Shown piece by piece: positions 18,765-27,437 of a DNA stretch of 64,000 nt. A program made the translations under genes and the position numbers. Position 1 is the stretch's first letter, and every line of letters begins with the position of its first letter. Source of the stretch: an uncultured Alphaproteobacteria bacterium (lineage in GTDB: Bacteria > Pseudomonadota > Alphaproteobacteria > Rhizobiales > Xanthobacteraceae); contig CAWGCU010000030.1 in NCBI GenBank assembly GCA_963821175.1, forward strand, positions 549 to 64,548, written 5' to 3'. The notes beneath the pieces were generated by a model, which had not been told where the DNA came from, did no database searches, and saw only the letters and a program-made list of their open reading frames with translations.

Positions 18765-20383
18765 GGCCGATTTTGTTGCAGAAGTAAGTTTTGAAGGGCG
18801 CGTTTGGGCCGAGGGTGTTTTTGGACCGAGCCCCGGCGATGGTTTTGCGCCCGCCCTGTCGGCTCGACACGGCACTGACACCTTCAAACCCCGACGCTGC
18901 ACACTGAACGCTGTGCTCAGACAACGCAGGCGCCGGAGGTCACTGGCGGAGGACGCGCTACGAGCTTGGCTAGCCGCCTCAGGTTTTGCGCGATTGCCGC
19001 CAGCGTGAACTCGAACTGTGCTCCACTCGGGCCGCGAAGGCGCAATCGGTCAAGCCGCGAATACGCTTGAGGTGCGCGAACAGCATCTCAACCTTCTTGC
19101 GATCACGGCGTGATTGCGCGAACGCCGGCGTTTTGGCGAGGGTCCGAGCGACATCGCGTGCGGCCTCATGGACGTCGCGTTTGACCCGTCGCGCTGGCAT
19201 TTTGGGGCAACACTTCGCCTTGAGCGGGCAGGCACGACACTGCGGCACGGAGCCGAGATACTGGAGCGAGTGATCGGGGCTGACATGGCCCGTCGTCGTC
19301 AGCGTCTTGCCCGCCGGGCATGTATCGATGTTCTTGCACCTCGTCGTAGATGAAGTCATCGCGCGAGAACGTGCCGATCTTCGCGCTGCGATTTGTCGAT
19401 GACCGGCACATGCGGCGCGATCCCCTGCTGGTTGACCAACCAATTGAGGTTGGGGGCCGAGCGCCATAGGCGGTGTCTCCTACCAGCCATGCGGGCTTGA
19501 TGCCAAAGCAGGCTTCGGTCCGCTCGATCATGGTCTGCGAGGCGCCGACCTCGGCCTGCCGGATGGCGCGCGATGCCTCGACATCCATGATAATCCCAAA
19601 CTTCACGTCGATAAGATAGTTGTCGGCGTAGGCGAAGAACGCCGAGCCTCGCAGCGCGTTGGTCCATTGAGCGGCCGGATCGGACGGCGACACGAACTTC
19701 GGGGTGACGTCGCTCGCCGCACAGAAGGCCGCGTCATCAAGAGTTGCCAGATACTCCTGCATGGCTCGGCTCGCGGTCTGGCGATCACAGGTCTTTTGCC
19801 ATTCTGAGCCCGGAATCGAGCGATGCTTGTTAGCGTCGGCCTCGATCAGGCTCGCATCCACGGCAAACCCTTCTCCGCCAACCAGCCCGGCCGCGATACA
19901 GGCCTCCACGACACGCTCGAATACCCGCCGGAAGATGCCGCTGTCCCGGAACCGCTCGTTGCGCGCTCGCGAAAATACCGAGTGATCGGGGATCTTGTGC
20001 TCTATGCCAAGCTTACAGAACCAGCGGTAGGCAAAGTTCACCTGCACCTCGCGACACAACAACCGCTCGGAGCGAAGGCCAAAAGCATAGCCGATGATCA
20101 GCATCCGCAGCATCAGCACAGGGTCGATCGACGGCCGACGCCGAGTGTCGGATAGTACGGCGCAAGTTCGCCGTATACCCACGATAAATCCAAAACGGTG
20201 GCGATCTTGCGCACAGGATGATCGTCGGGAACCGCCTCATCTAAGCGAAAATCGTAGAATAGATGGCCCTGATCGTCGGTCTGACGTCCCGATCATCGCC
20301 GCCTCCAACGCAAAATGTCGCTAGAAAACGGGAATCACTGTTCGCCAAAATCTTCAAAACTTACTTCTGCAACAAAATCGGCC
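18765..20383. mobile_element. IS1182/IS5-type insertion sequence (1619 bp) with perfect 32-bp terminal inverted repeats
   Basis: GGCCGATTTTGTTGCAGAAGTAAGTTTTGAAG at 18765..18796 is the exact reverse complement of 20352..20383. The repeats enclose a single transposase reading frame. No target-site duplication was recognised. Confidence 0.75.
18917..20296 (-). pseudogene. IS1182/IS5-type DDE transposase (about 460 codons), at least three frameshifts as sequenced
   Basis: ORF 19166..20182 (RPSIDPVLMLRMLIIGYAFGLRSERLLCREVQVNFAYRWFC...DASLIEADANK...GDTAYG) is followed by ORF 18979..19467 (CPAGKTL...CRACPLKAKCCP...RKKVEMLFAHLKRI). The hand-read N-terminus is LFYDFRLDEAVPDDHPVRKI and the hand-read tail is LRLRGPSGAQFEFTLAAIAQNLRRLAKL. 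Confidence 0.75.
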
Positions 20384-20452
20384 AATATCGGACATTCGAC
20401 CGCTGGGTCCGTAGCGTTGACATTGACAATTTCTAAACTTTAAATCGTGCTT

Positions 20453-21133
20453 TCAACTTGCCCCCACGAGGGCGGGCAATTGGGTCAGCGAACCAATCTG
20501 TCGATCAGGAGACCCCGGCAGACGTTCGGGACGTTGGCCGTACCGGTTGCACCACACAACTTGCATCCCAAATGCCGAAGCTGCGTAGGCATCCCAGGCA
20601 TTGGAGGACTGGTAACAGATTGCCGACGCAGGAACGGCAAGACGATCTACCGCCAGCTGGTACACCTTCGGGTGCGGTTTGTAGACGCCAACCTCCTCGA
20701 CCGAAAGGACCGCATCCAGCAACGGTTCCAGCTTGGCTGCCTTGACCGCGGCGTCGAGCATCGCTGGTGAACCATTTGATAAAATCGCGGTGCGCATGCC
20801 GGCCGTTTTCAATTTCCTGAGAACGTTGGGCACCTCAGGAAACGGATCAAGCGTAAGAAAGAGCGACATCAACCGGTCACGGTCGGATTTTTTGAGACCG
20901 AGGGTTGTCTCCAGCGAAAAATCGAGCGCGTCGCCGGTGACCTGCCAGAAGTCTGCATGTCGCTCCTGGGCCGTGCGAAGCCACGTATATTGCAGCTGCT
21001 TGTCTCGCCAGAGGGTGATGAAACTGGTGTCGTCGCCCAGCACTTTTCTTGCTGCCGACGCAAAATCGAACAACGTGCCGTAGGCGTCGAATACACAGGC
21101 TTGCACACCGCAAAGTGGGGAAAAGTCTGCCAT
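20453..21133 (-). CDS. haloacid dehalogenase type II (HAD superfamily)
   Basis: Intact 226-aa ORF with motif I FDAYGTLFD, SNG, the WRDKQLQYTW helix typical of L-2-haloacid dehalogenases, and SSNAWD. Confidence 0.85.
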   Translation of the reverse strand: MADFSPLCGVQACVFDAYGTLFDFASAARKVLGDDTSFITLWRDKQLQYTWLRTAQERHADFWQVTGDALDFSLETTLGLKKSDRDRLMSLFLTLDPFPEVPNVLRKLKTAGMRTAILSNGSPAMLDAAVKAAKLEPLLDAVLSVEEVGVYKPHPKVYQLAVDRLAVPASAICYQSSNAWDAYAASAFGMQVVWCNRYGQRPERLPGSPDRQIGSLTQLPALVGAS

Positions 21134-21709
21134 TGGTCTAGACCGTAAAGTGATGTCAGTTCGCCATCATGGTGGGGATTGAGCGACGGCAAATGTCTCA
21201 ACCCGATTGTCGAAGCCTCAAGGCTCCGGACCATGCTGCTATGAGTTGACAATTACAGCATGGATTTGCGACCGGCGGAATGGGGGTCCGATCATCATTT
21301 TGCGTGGCAACAATCCTCAGCAGCGAATATCCGCTTTGGGTCACTTTCGACCAATTCCGATTATCCGCGCCATGTCGGCTTTGCGCCCGAAAGCGACCGC
21401 GAAAGCGGACATGCGTGCTGTTGGGGATGCGCAGTTGCTCCGCCTCCGGTCTCTACCATGTCGGCTTTTGCGGACGCTATCAGGGTAGTAACGGACATCG
21501 GGCCAAGTCAGCGAAAATGTCGAGAATGACCCATAGCGTCATTTCGCCAGCGCCAATTGCCGCATTGCGAAAAGTTCATTTGGCCTTGATGATTCAGGCC
21601 CAGTCTGCCGCGGCACGTTGTTCAGCTTAGAGAGCGTTTCGTTCGGCACTCAAGAGCTTAACCGGTCGTTAACCATTGAGCCGTCACGCTGTGTGCGTCG
21701 AGAAAAGCA

Positions 21710-22639
21710 GTGACTCCCAGACCTATGGCTCTCGCCGGCAAGAAAGCACCGCGGCACGGCTGGCGGCATCAGGCAGAACGGCTCGCCCTGAATCACACGG
21801 GAGTGGCGACGGCGGCGTGGGCAGCGACTGAACGCCGACCATTAGCGGACCGCAATTCCTGCCACTTTTCGGTAGCCGGCGCAAAGTCTGAACGTGATCA
21901 AGAAACGAGCCCTAATGAGACTTCGAGTGACGCCAAGCAAGCTGAACAGCAGATGGCGCGAGAGGCTGCGGCTGCATGGATATTGAAAGCGCGTAAGGAG
22001 ACGCTCGCCGCGCGGGCCGCAAAGGCCAAGGCTGCAGACGAACGGATCGCAGAATTGGAGGCTAAGTTCGACACCGCGCTTGAGCGGATTGCTTTCCAGG
22101 ACAACGAGAGCCAGTCACTTCAGGCGTCACTCGATTTGACTGCCAGTGAGAACTTGCGCCTGTCCAACCGCCTTTCGGAGAGTGATGCCATACTGGAAAA
22201 ATTAAGCTCTGAGCTCGAACAGTTGAAGACGAGCGAGGCCGAACGCAATAAGCTGTCCTCCGTGGTCGATAAGAAAATCGAGCTTCTGCAGAACTTGCTC
22301 CAGGTAAAGGAACGCAGGATTGAGAAACTTGAGCAGGCGCGTTCGAAACTGACGGATGACACCACAAAATTGCTTAGAACTTGCGCGAAGCGGGATCGGG
22401 CTCTCGTCCTCGCTGAAGAGAGAATTAGCTCACTGACCGAGCTGTTTGCTCAACTTGAGACCAAAGTTGAACTTGCCACCGATAAGGAAAAGCTCGTGGA
22501 AGGTCATTCCCGACTCCAACGCGAGCAGAGGGAGAGCGCCTCCGCTGAGGGCTCCGGCAAAATGACGCTTCCGAAAATCAATTTGTGGAAACGCGAATTG
22601 GACTGTGACGAGTGGTTGCTCGGACGTGGACGAGGGTGA
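21710..22639 (+). CDS. hypothetical coiled-coil protein (true start probably internal, about 21950)
   Basis: Only ORF evidence plus a long heptad-like, Leu/Glu/Lys-rich region (AELEAKFDTALERIAFQDNESQSLQASLDL...KIELLQNLLQVKERRIEKLEQARSKL). It lies in a lower-GC patch. Confidence 0.45.
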   Translation: MTPRPMALAGKKAPRHGWRHQAERLALNHTGVATAAWAATERRPLADRNSCHFSVAGAKSERDQETSPNETSSDAKQAEQQMAREAAAAWILKARKETLAARAAKAKAADERIAELEAKFDTALERIAFQDNESQSLQASLDLTASENLRLSNRLSESDAILEKLSSELEQLKTSEAERNKLSSVVDKKIELLQNLLQVKERRIEKLEQARSKLTDDTTKLLRTCAKRDRALVLAEERISSLTELFAQLETKVELATDKEKLVEGHSRLQREQRESASAEGSGKMTLPKINLWKRELDCDEWLLGRGRG

Positions 22640-22642
22640 TTT

Positions 22643-22724
22643 GCGCTGCATGAGGCCGGTGGTTGGCCCATGCGTCAATTGATGCAACGCAGCGATCTGG
22701 TCGCTATTGGGAGAGAAGCGGACA
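22643..22724. repeat. intergenic repeat, copy 1 of a family also at 24919..25004
   Basis: Aligns by eye along about 80 nt with 24919..25004 (TGCATGAGGC...TGGCCCAT.CGTCA.TT...GCAACGCAGC.ATC.GGTCGCT...AAGCGGACA). Confidence 0.6.
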
Positions 22725-22852
22725 AGCAGCCAAGACCGCAAATCGGTCGCTCCTGACCCTAAGCGGCGTTTCAAGGCCATAATTTGCCGCGCCGCGAAAG
22801 GATCATTTAACTGTGGTAGACTGACGTCCGTGGCCTGAGAGAAGGCAAGCAA

Positions 22853-23836
22853 ATGAGACGACGCGAATTTATATCACTGCTCGGCGGCGCCGCGGCAGCG
22901 TGGCCGTTCGTAGCAAATGCGCAGTCGCCGCCGATGCCGGTAATCGGGTATCTCAGTGTGAGGTCGCCCGAGGACACAGCAAATTTATTGGCTGCGTTCA
23001 GGAGTGGCATAGCCCAAAGTGGGTTCGTTGAGGGCCAGAATACGGCGATCGAGTACCGCTGGGCACGCGGCCAATACGATCAACTGCCGGCTATGGCGGC
23101 AGAGCTTGTTGGCCGCCCGGTATCGCTCCTGGCAACGACGGGAGGCGAGCCGGCGGCGTTGGCGGCTTCTGCGGCCACCTCGATTATTCCAATTGTATTC
23201 ACGATCGGCGGCGACCCAGTGAAGGAGGGTTTGGTTGCAAGCTTTAGTCGGCCGGGTGGAAATGCCACCGGAATTACCTTGCTGACCAATTTGTTGGAGT
23301 CGAAACGGTTTGGTTTGTTGCGAGAGCTTGTGCCGCCCGCATCGACGATCGCTGTGCTGTACAATCCGAAATATTCACAATCGGCCCAGATGCTCAGCGA
23401 TGTGCGGATAGCGGCCGACGCGATCGACATGAAAATAGAGGTTTTACAGGCGAGCGCAGACGGCGAGCTCGACACTGCATTCGAGGCAATCTCTCGGGGG
23501 CACTTTGCCGCGCTCGCGACGATCGCCGATCCTTTCTTCGATACCAGGAGTAAAAAGATTACAGCTCTCGCAGCGCGTTGCGCGGTGCCCGCGATGTACC
23601 ATGCGCGTGAATACGTGGTGGCGGGTGGCCTAATGAGTTATGGGATCGACTTTTCCGAGGCGTATCGACAGACAGGAATATATGCTGGACTAATTCTTAA
23701 AGGCGCCAAGCCGGCAGACTTACCGATCATGCAGGCCACAAAGTTCTTAATGGTGATCAACATGAAAACCGCGAGAGCGCTGGGCGTGAAAATCTCCGAT
23801 AACCTGCTGTCGCTCGCCGACGAGGTGATCGAATAG
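22853..23836 (+). CDS. ABC transporter substrate-binding protein, PF04392 (ABC_sub_bind) type, orphan
   Basis: Intact 327-aa ORF, MRRREFISLLGGAAAAWP... to ...LSLADEVIE, with family blocks GFVEGQN..IEYRWA, IPIVF, SFSRPGGNATG and LMSYG. Confidence 0.85.
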   Translation: MRRREFISLLGGAAAAWPFVANAQSPPMPVIGYLSVRSPEDTANLLAAFRSGIAQSGFVEGQNTAIEYRWARGQYDQLPAMAAELVGRPVSLLATTGGEPAALAASAATSIIPIVFTIGGDPVKEGLVASFSRPGGNATGITLLTNLLESKRFGLLRELVPPASTIAVLYNPKYSQSAQMLSDVRIAADAIDMKIEVLQASADGELDTAFEAISRGHFAALATIADPFFDTRSKKITALAARCAVPAMYHAREYVVAGGLMSYGIDFSEAYRQTGIYAGLILKGAKPADLPIMQATKFLMVINMKTARALGVKISDNLLSLADEVIE

Positions 23837-23917
23837 TTCGGTATGCGGTCGATTTTGCTGCGATGCAATCTCACTTTTCGCTCGCCAGATATGGTAGGGT
23901 AATGCTCGACCTGATGG

Positions 23918-24907
23918 GTGAAGTTCATGAGGCGACGGGACTTCCTCACGCTTGTTGGCAGTACAGCCGCTATATGGCCGCTGGCCGCGCGCGCGCAGCA
24001 GTCGATGCCGGTGATCGGTTATCTTGGTCTCACCTCGCCCGAGGCCTTTGCTGCCCTGACCGCCGCATTCCGGCGCGGCCTCGGCGAGACGGGATTTGTC
24101 GAAGGCCAGAACGTCGAGATCAAATATCGCTGGGCCCATGGCCAGTTCGATCAATTGCCGGCGCTGGCAGCCGATCTGGTCGCCCAACAGGTGAGCGTGA
24201 TTGCCGCCTTGGGCACACCCGCTTCCGCCACAGCAGCCAAAGCCGCGACAAGCACTATACCGATCGTCTTCGTGACCGGCGGCGATCCGGTCGACCTCGG
24301 CCTTGTCAAAAGCCTGAACCGGCCGGCCGGCAATGCCACCGGCGTATACATGCTGACCGTGGCACTCGAGCCGAAGCGTCTTGAGCTGATCCACGAACTG
24401 GTCCCGGACGCCGCAGACATCGGCATTATCGCCGATCCGAATTCGCCGGACACCGTTGAGCAGATGAAAAGTCTGTCCACGGCGGCATCGTCGTTGGGTC
24501 GGCGGCTTAAAACCATGAACGTCAGCGGCGAGAACGGTATCGAGCCCGCATTTGCCGCAATGGCCGAACAGCGCGTTGCCGCAGCAGTCGTGACCTCCTC
24601 GCCTGCCTATCTGCCACAGCGGCAAACGTTCGTTGCGCTGGCCGCACGCTATGCCATTCCGACGGCGTATTACGTGCGCGACTTTGCCGATGCCGGCGGA
24701 CTGATAAGCTACGGTACAAGCTTTCCCGATGCGTATCGCCGCGCCGGCGTCTATACCGGCCGCATTCTCAAGGGCGATAGGCCTGCCGACCTGCCGATCG
24801 AGCAGTCGGTCAAGGTCGAGTTGGTCGTCAATCTCAAGACTGCCAATGCGCTCGGCATCACCATGCCGTTGTCGCTACTCGGCCGCGCAGACGAGGTCAT
24901 CGAGTAG
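23918..24907 (+). CDS. ABC transporter substrate-binding protein, PF04392 type, orphan
   Basis: Intact 329-aa ORF, MKFMRRRDFLTLVGSTAAIWPLAARAQQ... to ...GRADEVIE, with the same family blocks. Confidence 0.85.
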   Translation: MKFMRRRDFLTLVGSTAAIWPLAARAQQSMPVIGYLGLTSPEAFAALTAAFRRGLGETGFVEGQNVEIKYRWAHGQFDQLPALAADLVAQQVSVIAALGTPASATAAKAATSTIPIVFVTGGDPVDLGLVKSLNRPAGNATGVYMLTVALEPKRLELIHELVPDAADIGIIADPNSPDTVEQMKSLSTAASSLGRRLKTMNVSGENGIEPAFAAMAEQRVAAAVVTSSPAYLPQRQTFVALAARYAIPTAYYVRDFADAGGLISYGTSFPDAYRRAGVYTGRILKGDRPADLPIEQSVKVELVVNLKTANALGITMPLSLLGRADEVIE

Positions 24908-24918
24908 GCATCCTTTTG

Positions 24919-25004
24919 TTGCAGTGCATGAGGCACCTTATGGCCCATAGCGTCATTTCGCGGCAACGCAGCAATCGGTCGCTCTCGGGGGTAAAGCGGA
25001 CATT
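24919..25004. repeat. intergenic repeat, copy 2 (see 22643..22724)
   Basis: See copy 1. It also shares the exact 18-mer CCCATAGCGTCATTTCGC (24944..24961) with 21530..21547. Confidence 0.6.
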
Positions 25005-25015
25005 CGACGATTAGT

Positions 25016-26203
25016 TCAGGCAGCCTTGGCTTTGAATGCGTCGACTATTTGAGTGACGTGAGCGCCCCATCGATTCAGGGCCTCTTCGCGCTCGGCCAGG
25101 AATTCGTGGCGTTGGTAGACTGCCGCTACCCCAGAAATCGTCCCAGATTGGTGGTTGAGGATTTTGTCCGCGACATGAGGTGGGACGCCTAGGCGTGCCA
25201 TCCCAGAGACAACGGTTCGCCTCAAATCGTGCAGTCGCCAATTTCTAACTCCACAGAGACGGTCGAGTATCCGTTTAGCCTCGTTGAAGGATTGAAAGTT
25301 CTTTCCTCGCGAGGTCGCAAAGACATATCCCTCGGGTTCGCCGAGATGTTCTGAGATCACCGCCCTGGCTGGCTCCGACAAATGGATGATATGGGCCTTT
25401 CCGTTCTTGGTCCGCTCGGCCGGCATGCACCATGTCCGTGCTTGTGCGTCGATCTCATGCCACTTGAGCTGGGCGACCTCCTCGCGTCGTTGACCGGTCA
25501 ACGCCAAGAACTGGACAATTCCGGCATAGGGCCATAGCATTTTTCGCGCGGCCACCATGATTGCCGAAAGCTCCTGGTCGGTCAGTACACGATCTCGGCT
25601 GACCTCTCGCCAGTTCGACTGGACGCCTTCTGCGGGCGAGAAATCGATGACGGCCCGCCCGACGCACCACCGAAAGAAGGTTCTTAGGGTTTTGAGCAGC
25701 CGATAGCTGGCGTGCGCATTACGCTGCGAGACCTCAGTGACAAGATCAATAACGTCACGTTTCTTGATCTCGTGAATGCTCTTTGCGCCCCAATGCGCGA
25801 TGACGTCACGGCGGAACAGGTTCGTTATGCGTCTTGCGGTCCGGATCTGCGACACACGTTCTCGGATGAAGGTTTCGACCAGGTCATCGATGCGATCGAC
25901 CACCAGACGGCGTCGGGACTGCTTTTTCTCCTCAGCTGGATCTCGTCCATCAAGCCTCGCGGCGAAAATCTTTTGGGCCTGCGCTCGCGCCATCGCCAAC
26001 GTGACGCGCCCATACGGGCCAATCGTATATTTGCGTAGCCGCGAGCCAGCGCCGGCCACGCGATACATAACCAGAAAGACCTTTCGGCCCTTAGGCGTCA
26101 CCTTCACGCCAAAGCCCGGCAGGCCCGCGTCCCAGTAAAGCGTGTCTTTCGACGGGACCGGCAGGCCATCGATGGCGGACTTGGTCAGACGAAGGCGGGG
26201 AAT
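25016..26203 (-). CDS. tyrosine recombinase, P4-type phage integrase family (DUF4102 N-terminal domain); no canonical start codon at the conserved N-terminus
   Basis: ORF 25016..26107 carries the catalytic region (...HDLRRT...ILNH...Y). The frame stays open upstream and reads (ATT)-PRLRLTKSAIDGLPVPSKDTLYWDAGLPGFGVKVTPKG, the usual integrase N-terminus. ATT sits at 26201..26203 where ATG is expected, and the first canonical start is GTG 26107. Confidence 0.8.
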   Translation of the reverse strand: MPRLRLTKSAIDGLPVPSKDTLYWDAGLPGFGVKVTPKGRKVFLVMYRVAGAGSRLRKYTIGPYGRVTLAMARAQAQKIFAARLDGRDPAEEKKQSRRRLVVDRIDDLVETFIRERVSQIRTARRITNLFRRDVIAHWGAKSIHEIKKRDVIDLVTEVSQRNAHASYRLLKTLRTFFRWCVGRAVIDFSPAEGVQSNWREVSRDRVLTDQELSAIMVAARKMLWPYAGIVQFLALTGQRREEVAQLKWHEIDAQARTWCMPAERTKNGKAHIIHLSEPARAVISEHLGEPEGYVFATSRGKNFQSFNEAKRILDRLCGVRNWRLHDLRRTVVSGMARLGVPPHVADKILNHQSGTISGVAAVYQRHEFLAEREEALNRWGAHVTQIVDAFKAKAA

Positions 26204-26557
26204 GGCGCGCTCCCGGTCTAGCTACCTCGACCTCATATAGGTAGCACCGAGCGGGCAACAACGGAACAACCGGTACATCACAATCAATAAGAGCGCCTAT
26301 GTTTCCGCACTATAATCAATCATTGGCTATCAGCAGGAACGCCCAGGATACCTAACCCCGGGTCCGCCCGGGTGCGGAGTGTGTCGTTCCGCCCGCGGGG
26401 ACCGCTCTCGCTCCACTTTCGAAAGCACCCTCGCGAAGGTGTCCCTAAAGAGCGAGATGTCGCTCATCTATCAAAACAGCAACGCGTGTGAAAGTGACTG
26501 CGCTTTGTTGCTGATATTGCTGGGCTAATTCGCGCCCCTCCAATCCGAGGCGCGGCT

Positions 26558-26796
26558 CGTGGCGTACGAATCTTTGCGGAAAAGATTCGCACGCCACGAT
26601 ACCGATCGTCATGGCCGGGCATAGCCGTTCGAAGAACGGCGTCGCTTCCGCTCGCCTATGCCCGGCCATCCACGTCTTTTGTTTTCATGGGTCCGTGATC
26701 TTAAACTCCCGTAGCCCGGATGGAGCGGAGCGTAATCCGGGATTAGCTGGAGACGTCGATGCCGCCCCGGATTTCGCGCCGCTCCATCCGGGCTAC
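26558..26796. repeat. mosaic of three different palindromic (REP/BIME-like) units
   Basis: Hairpin 1 pairs 26558..26574 with 26582..26598 (16 of 17 bp). Hairpin 2 pairs ATGGCCGGGCATAG at 26611..26624 with 26656..26669 (14 of 14), with an inner CCGTTC/GAACGG stem. Hairpin 3 pairs GTAGCCCGGATGGAGCGG.GCG.AATCCGGG at 26711..26741 with 26766..26796 (29 of 31). Confidence 0.7.
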
Positions 26797-26814
26797 GCTC
26801 GCTGGGTAAACGCC

Positions 26815-27351
26815 ATGCCCGTGCCGAAACGCATTCTCATCCTAGGGCCGAGCGGCGCCGGCAAGTCGACGCTGGCGCGGTGCATCGGCGCGCGGCTTGG
26901 CCTATCGGTCGTGCATCTGGACGTCTTCAACTGGAACCCCGGCTGGGTACAGACAGAGGTCGGGCTGTTTCGCGAGCACGTCGCGGCAGCAGCGGCCGGC
27001 GATGCGTGGGTGATGGACGGCAATTATTTGGCTCATCTCGATCTTCGGTTGCCCAGGGCGGAAGCCGTGATCTGGCTCGACCTGCCGCGCTACATTTATT
27101 TTCCCCGCGCGGTGTGGCGCTCGATCCGCAACTATGGGCGCGACCGGGACGATGTTGGTCCCGGCTGCCCCGAGCCGGGCGATCCGTGGTTCCTCACCGA
27201 TTGGGTGTGGAACTACCCAACGCGCGACCACGCCCGGCATGCGCAGTTGATGGCCGAACTGCCCGCGACAGTCCGCGGCGTCATCTTGAAGTCGCCGCGC
27301 GAGGTGGCGCGATTTGAGGATGGGCTGCCTCGCTCGCTTGACGGCCCGTAG
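26815..27351 (+). CDS. P-loop NTPase, adenylate-kinase-like / topology-modulation-protein-like
   Basis: Start taken at ATG 26815 inside ORF 26611..27351, because the upstream part is repeat DNA. The Walker A motif is ILILGPSGAGKST. Confidence 0.65.
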   Translation: MPVPKRILILGPSGAGKSTLARCIGARLGLSVVHLDVFNWNPGWVQTEVGLFREHVAAAAAGDAWVMDGNYLAHLDLRLPRAEAVIWLDLPRYIYFPRAVWRSIRNYGRDRDDVGPGCPEPGDPWFLTDWVWNYPTRDHARHAQLMAELPATVRGVILKSPREVARFEDGLPRSLDGP

Positions 27352-27437
27352 CCCGACCGCCGCTATTGCCATTACAATCGTCACCAACCAGCAAGTTTGA
27401 GCCAAAAGAACATCCAGCCGCATCGAGGGGTCCCACC

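Noticed and set aside
26204-26450. Looked for a tRNA or tmRNA target next to the integrase 5' end, and for a direct repeat of the tRNA-Gln 3' end.
   Set aside because: No T-arm (GGTTCGAATCC or its complement), acceptor pairing or copy of the tRNA 3' segment was found by eye on either strand. This was not a computed search.
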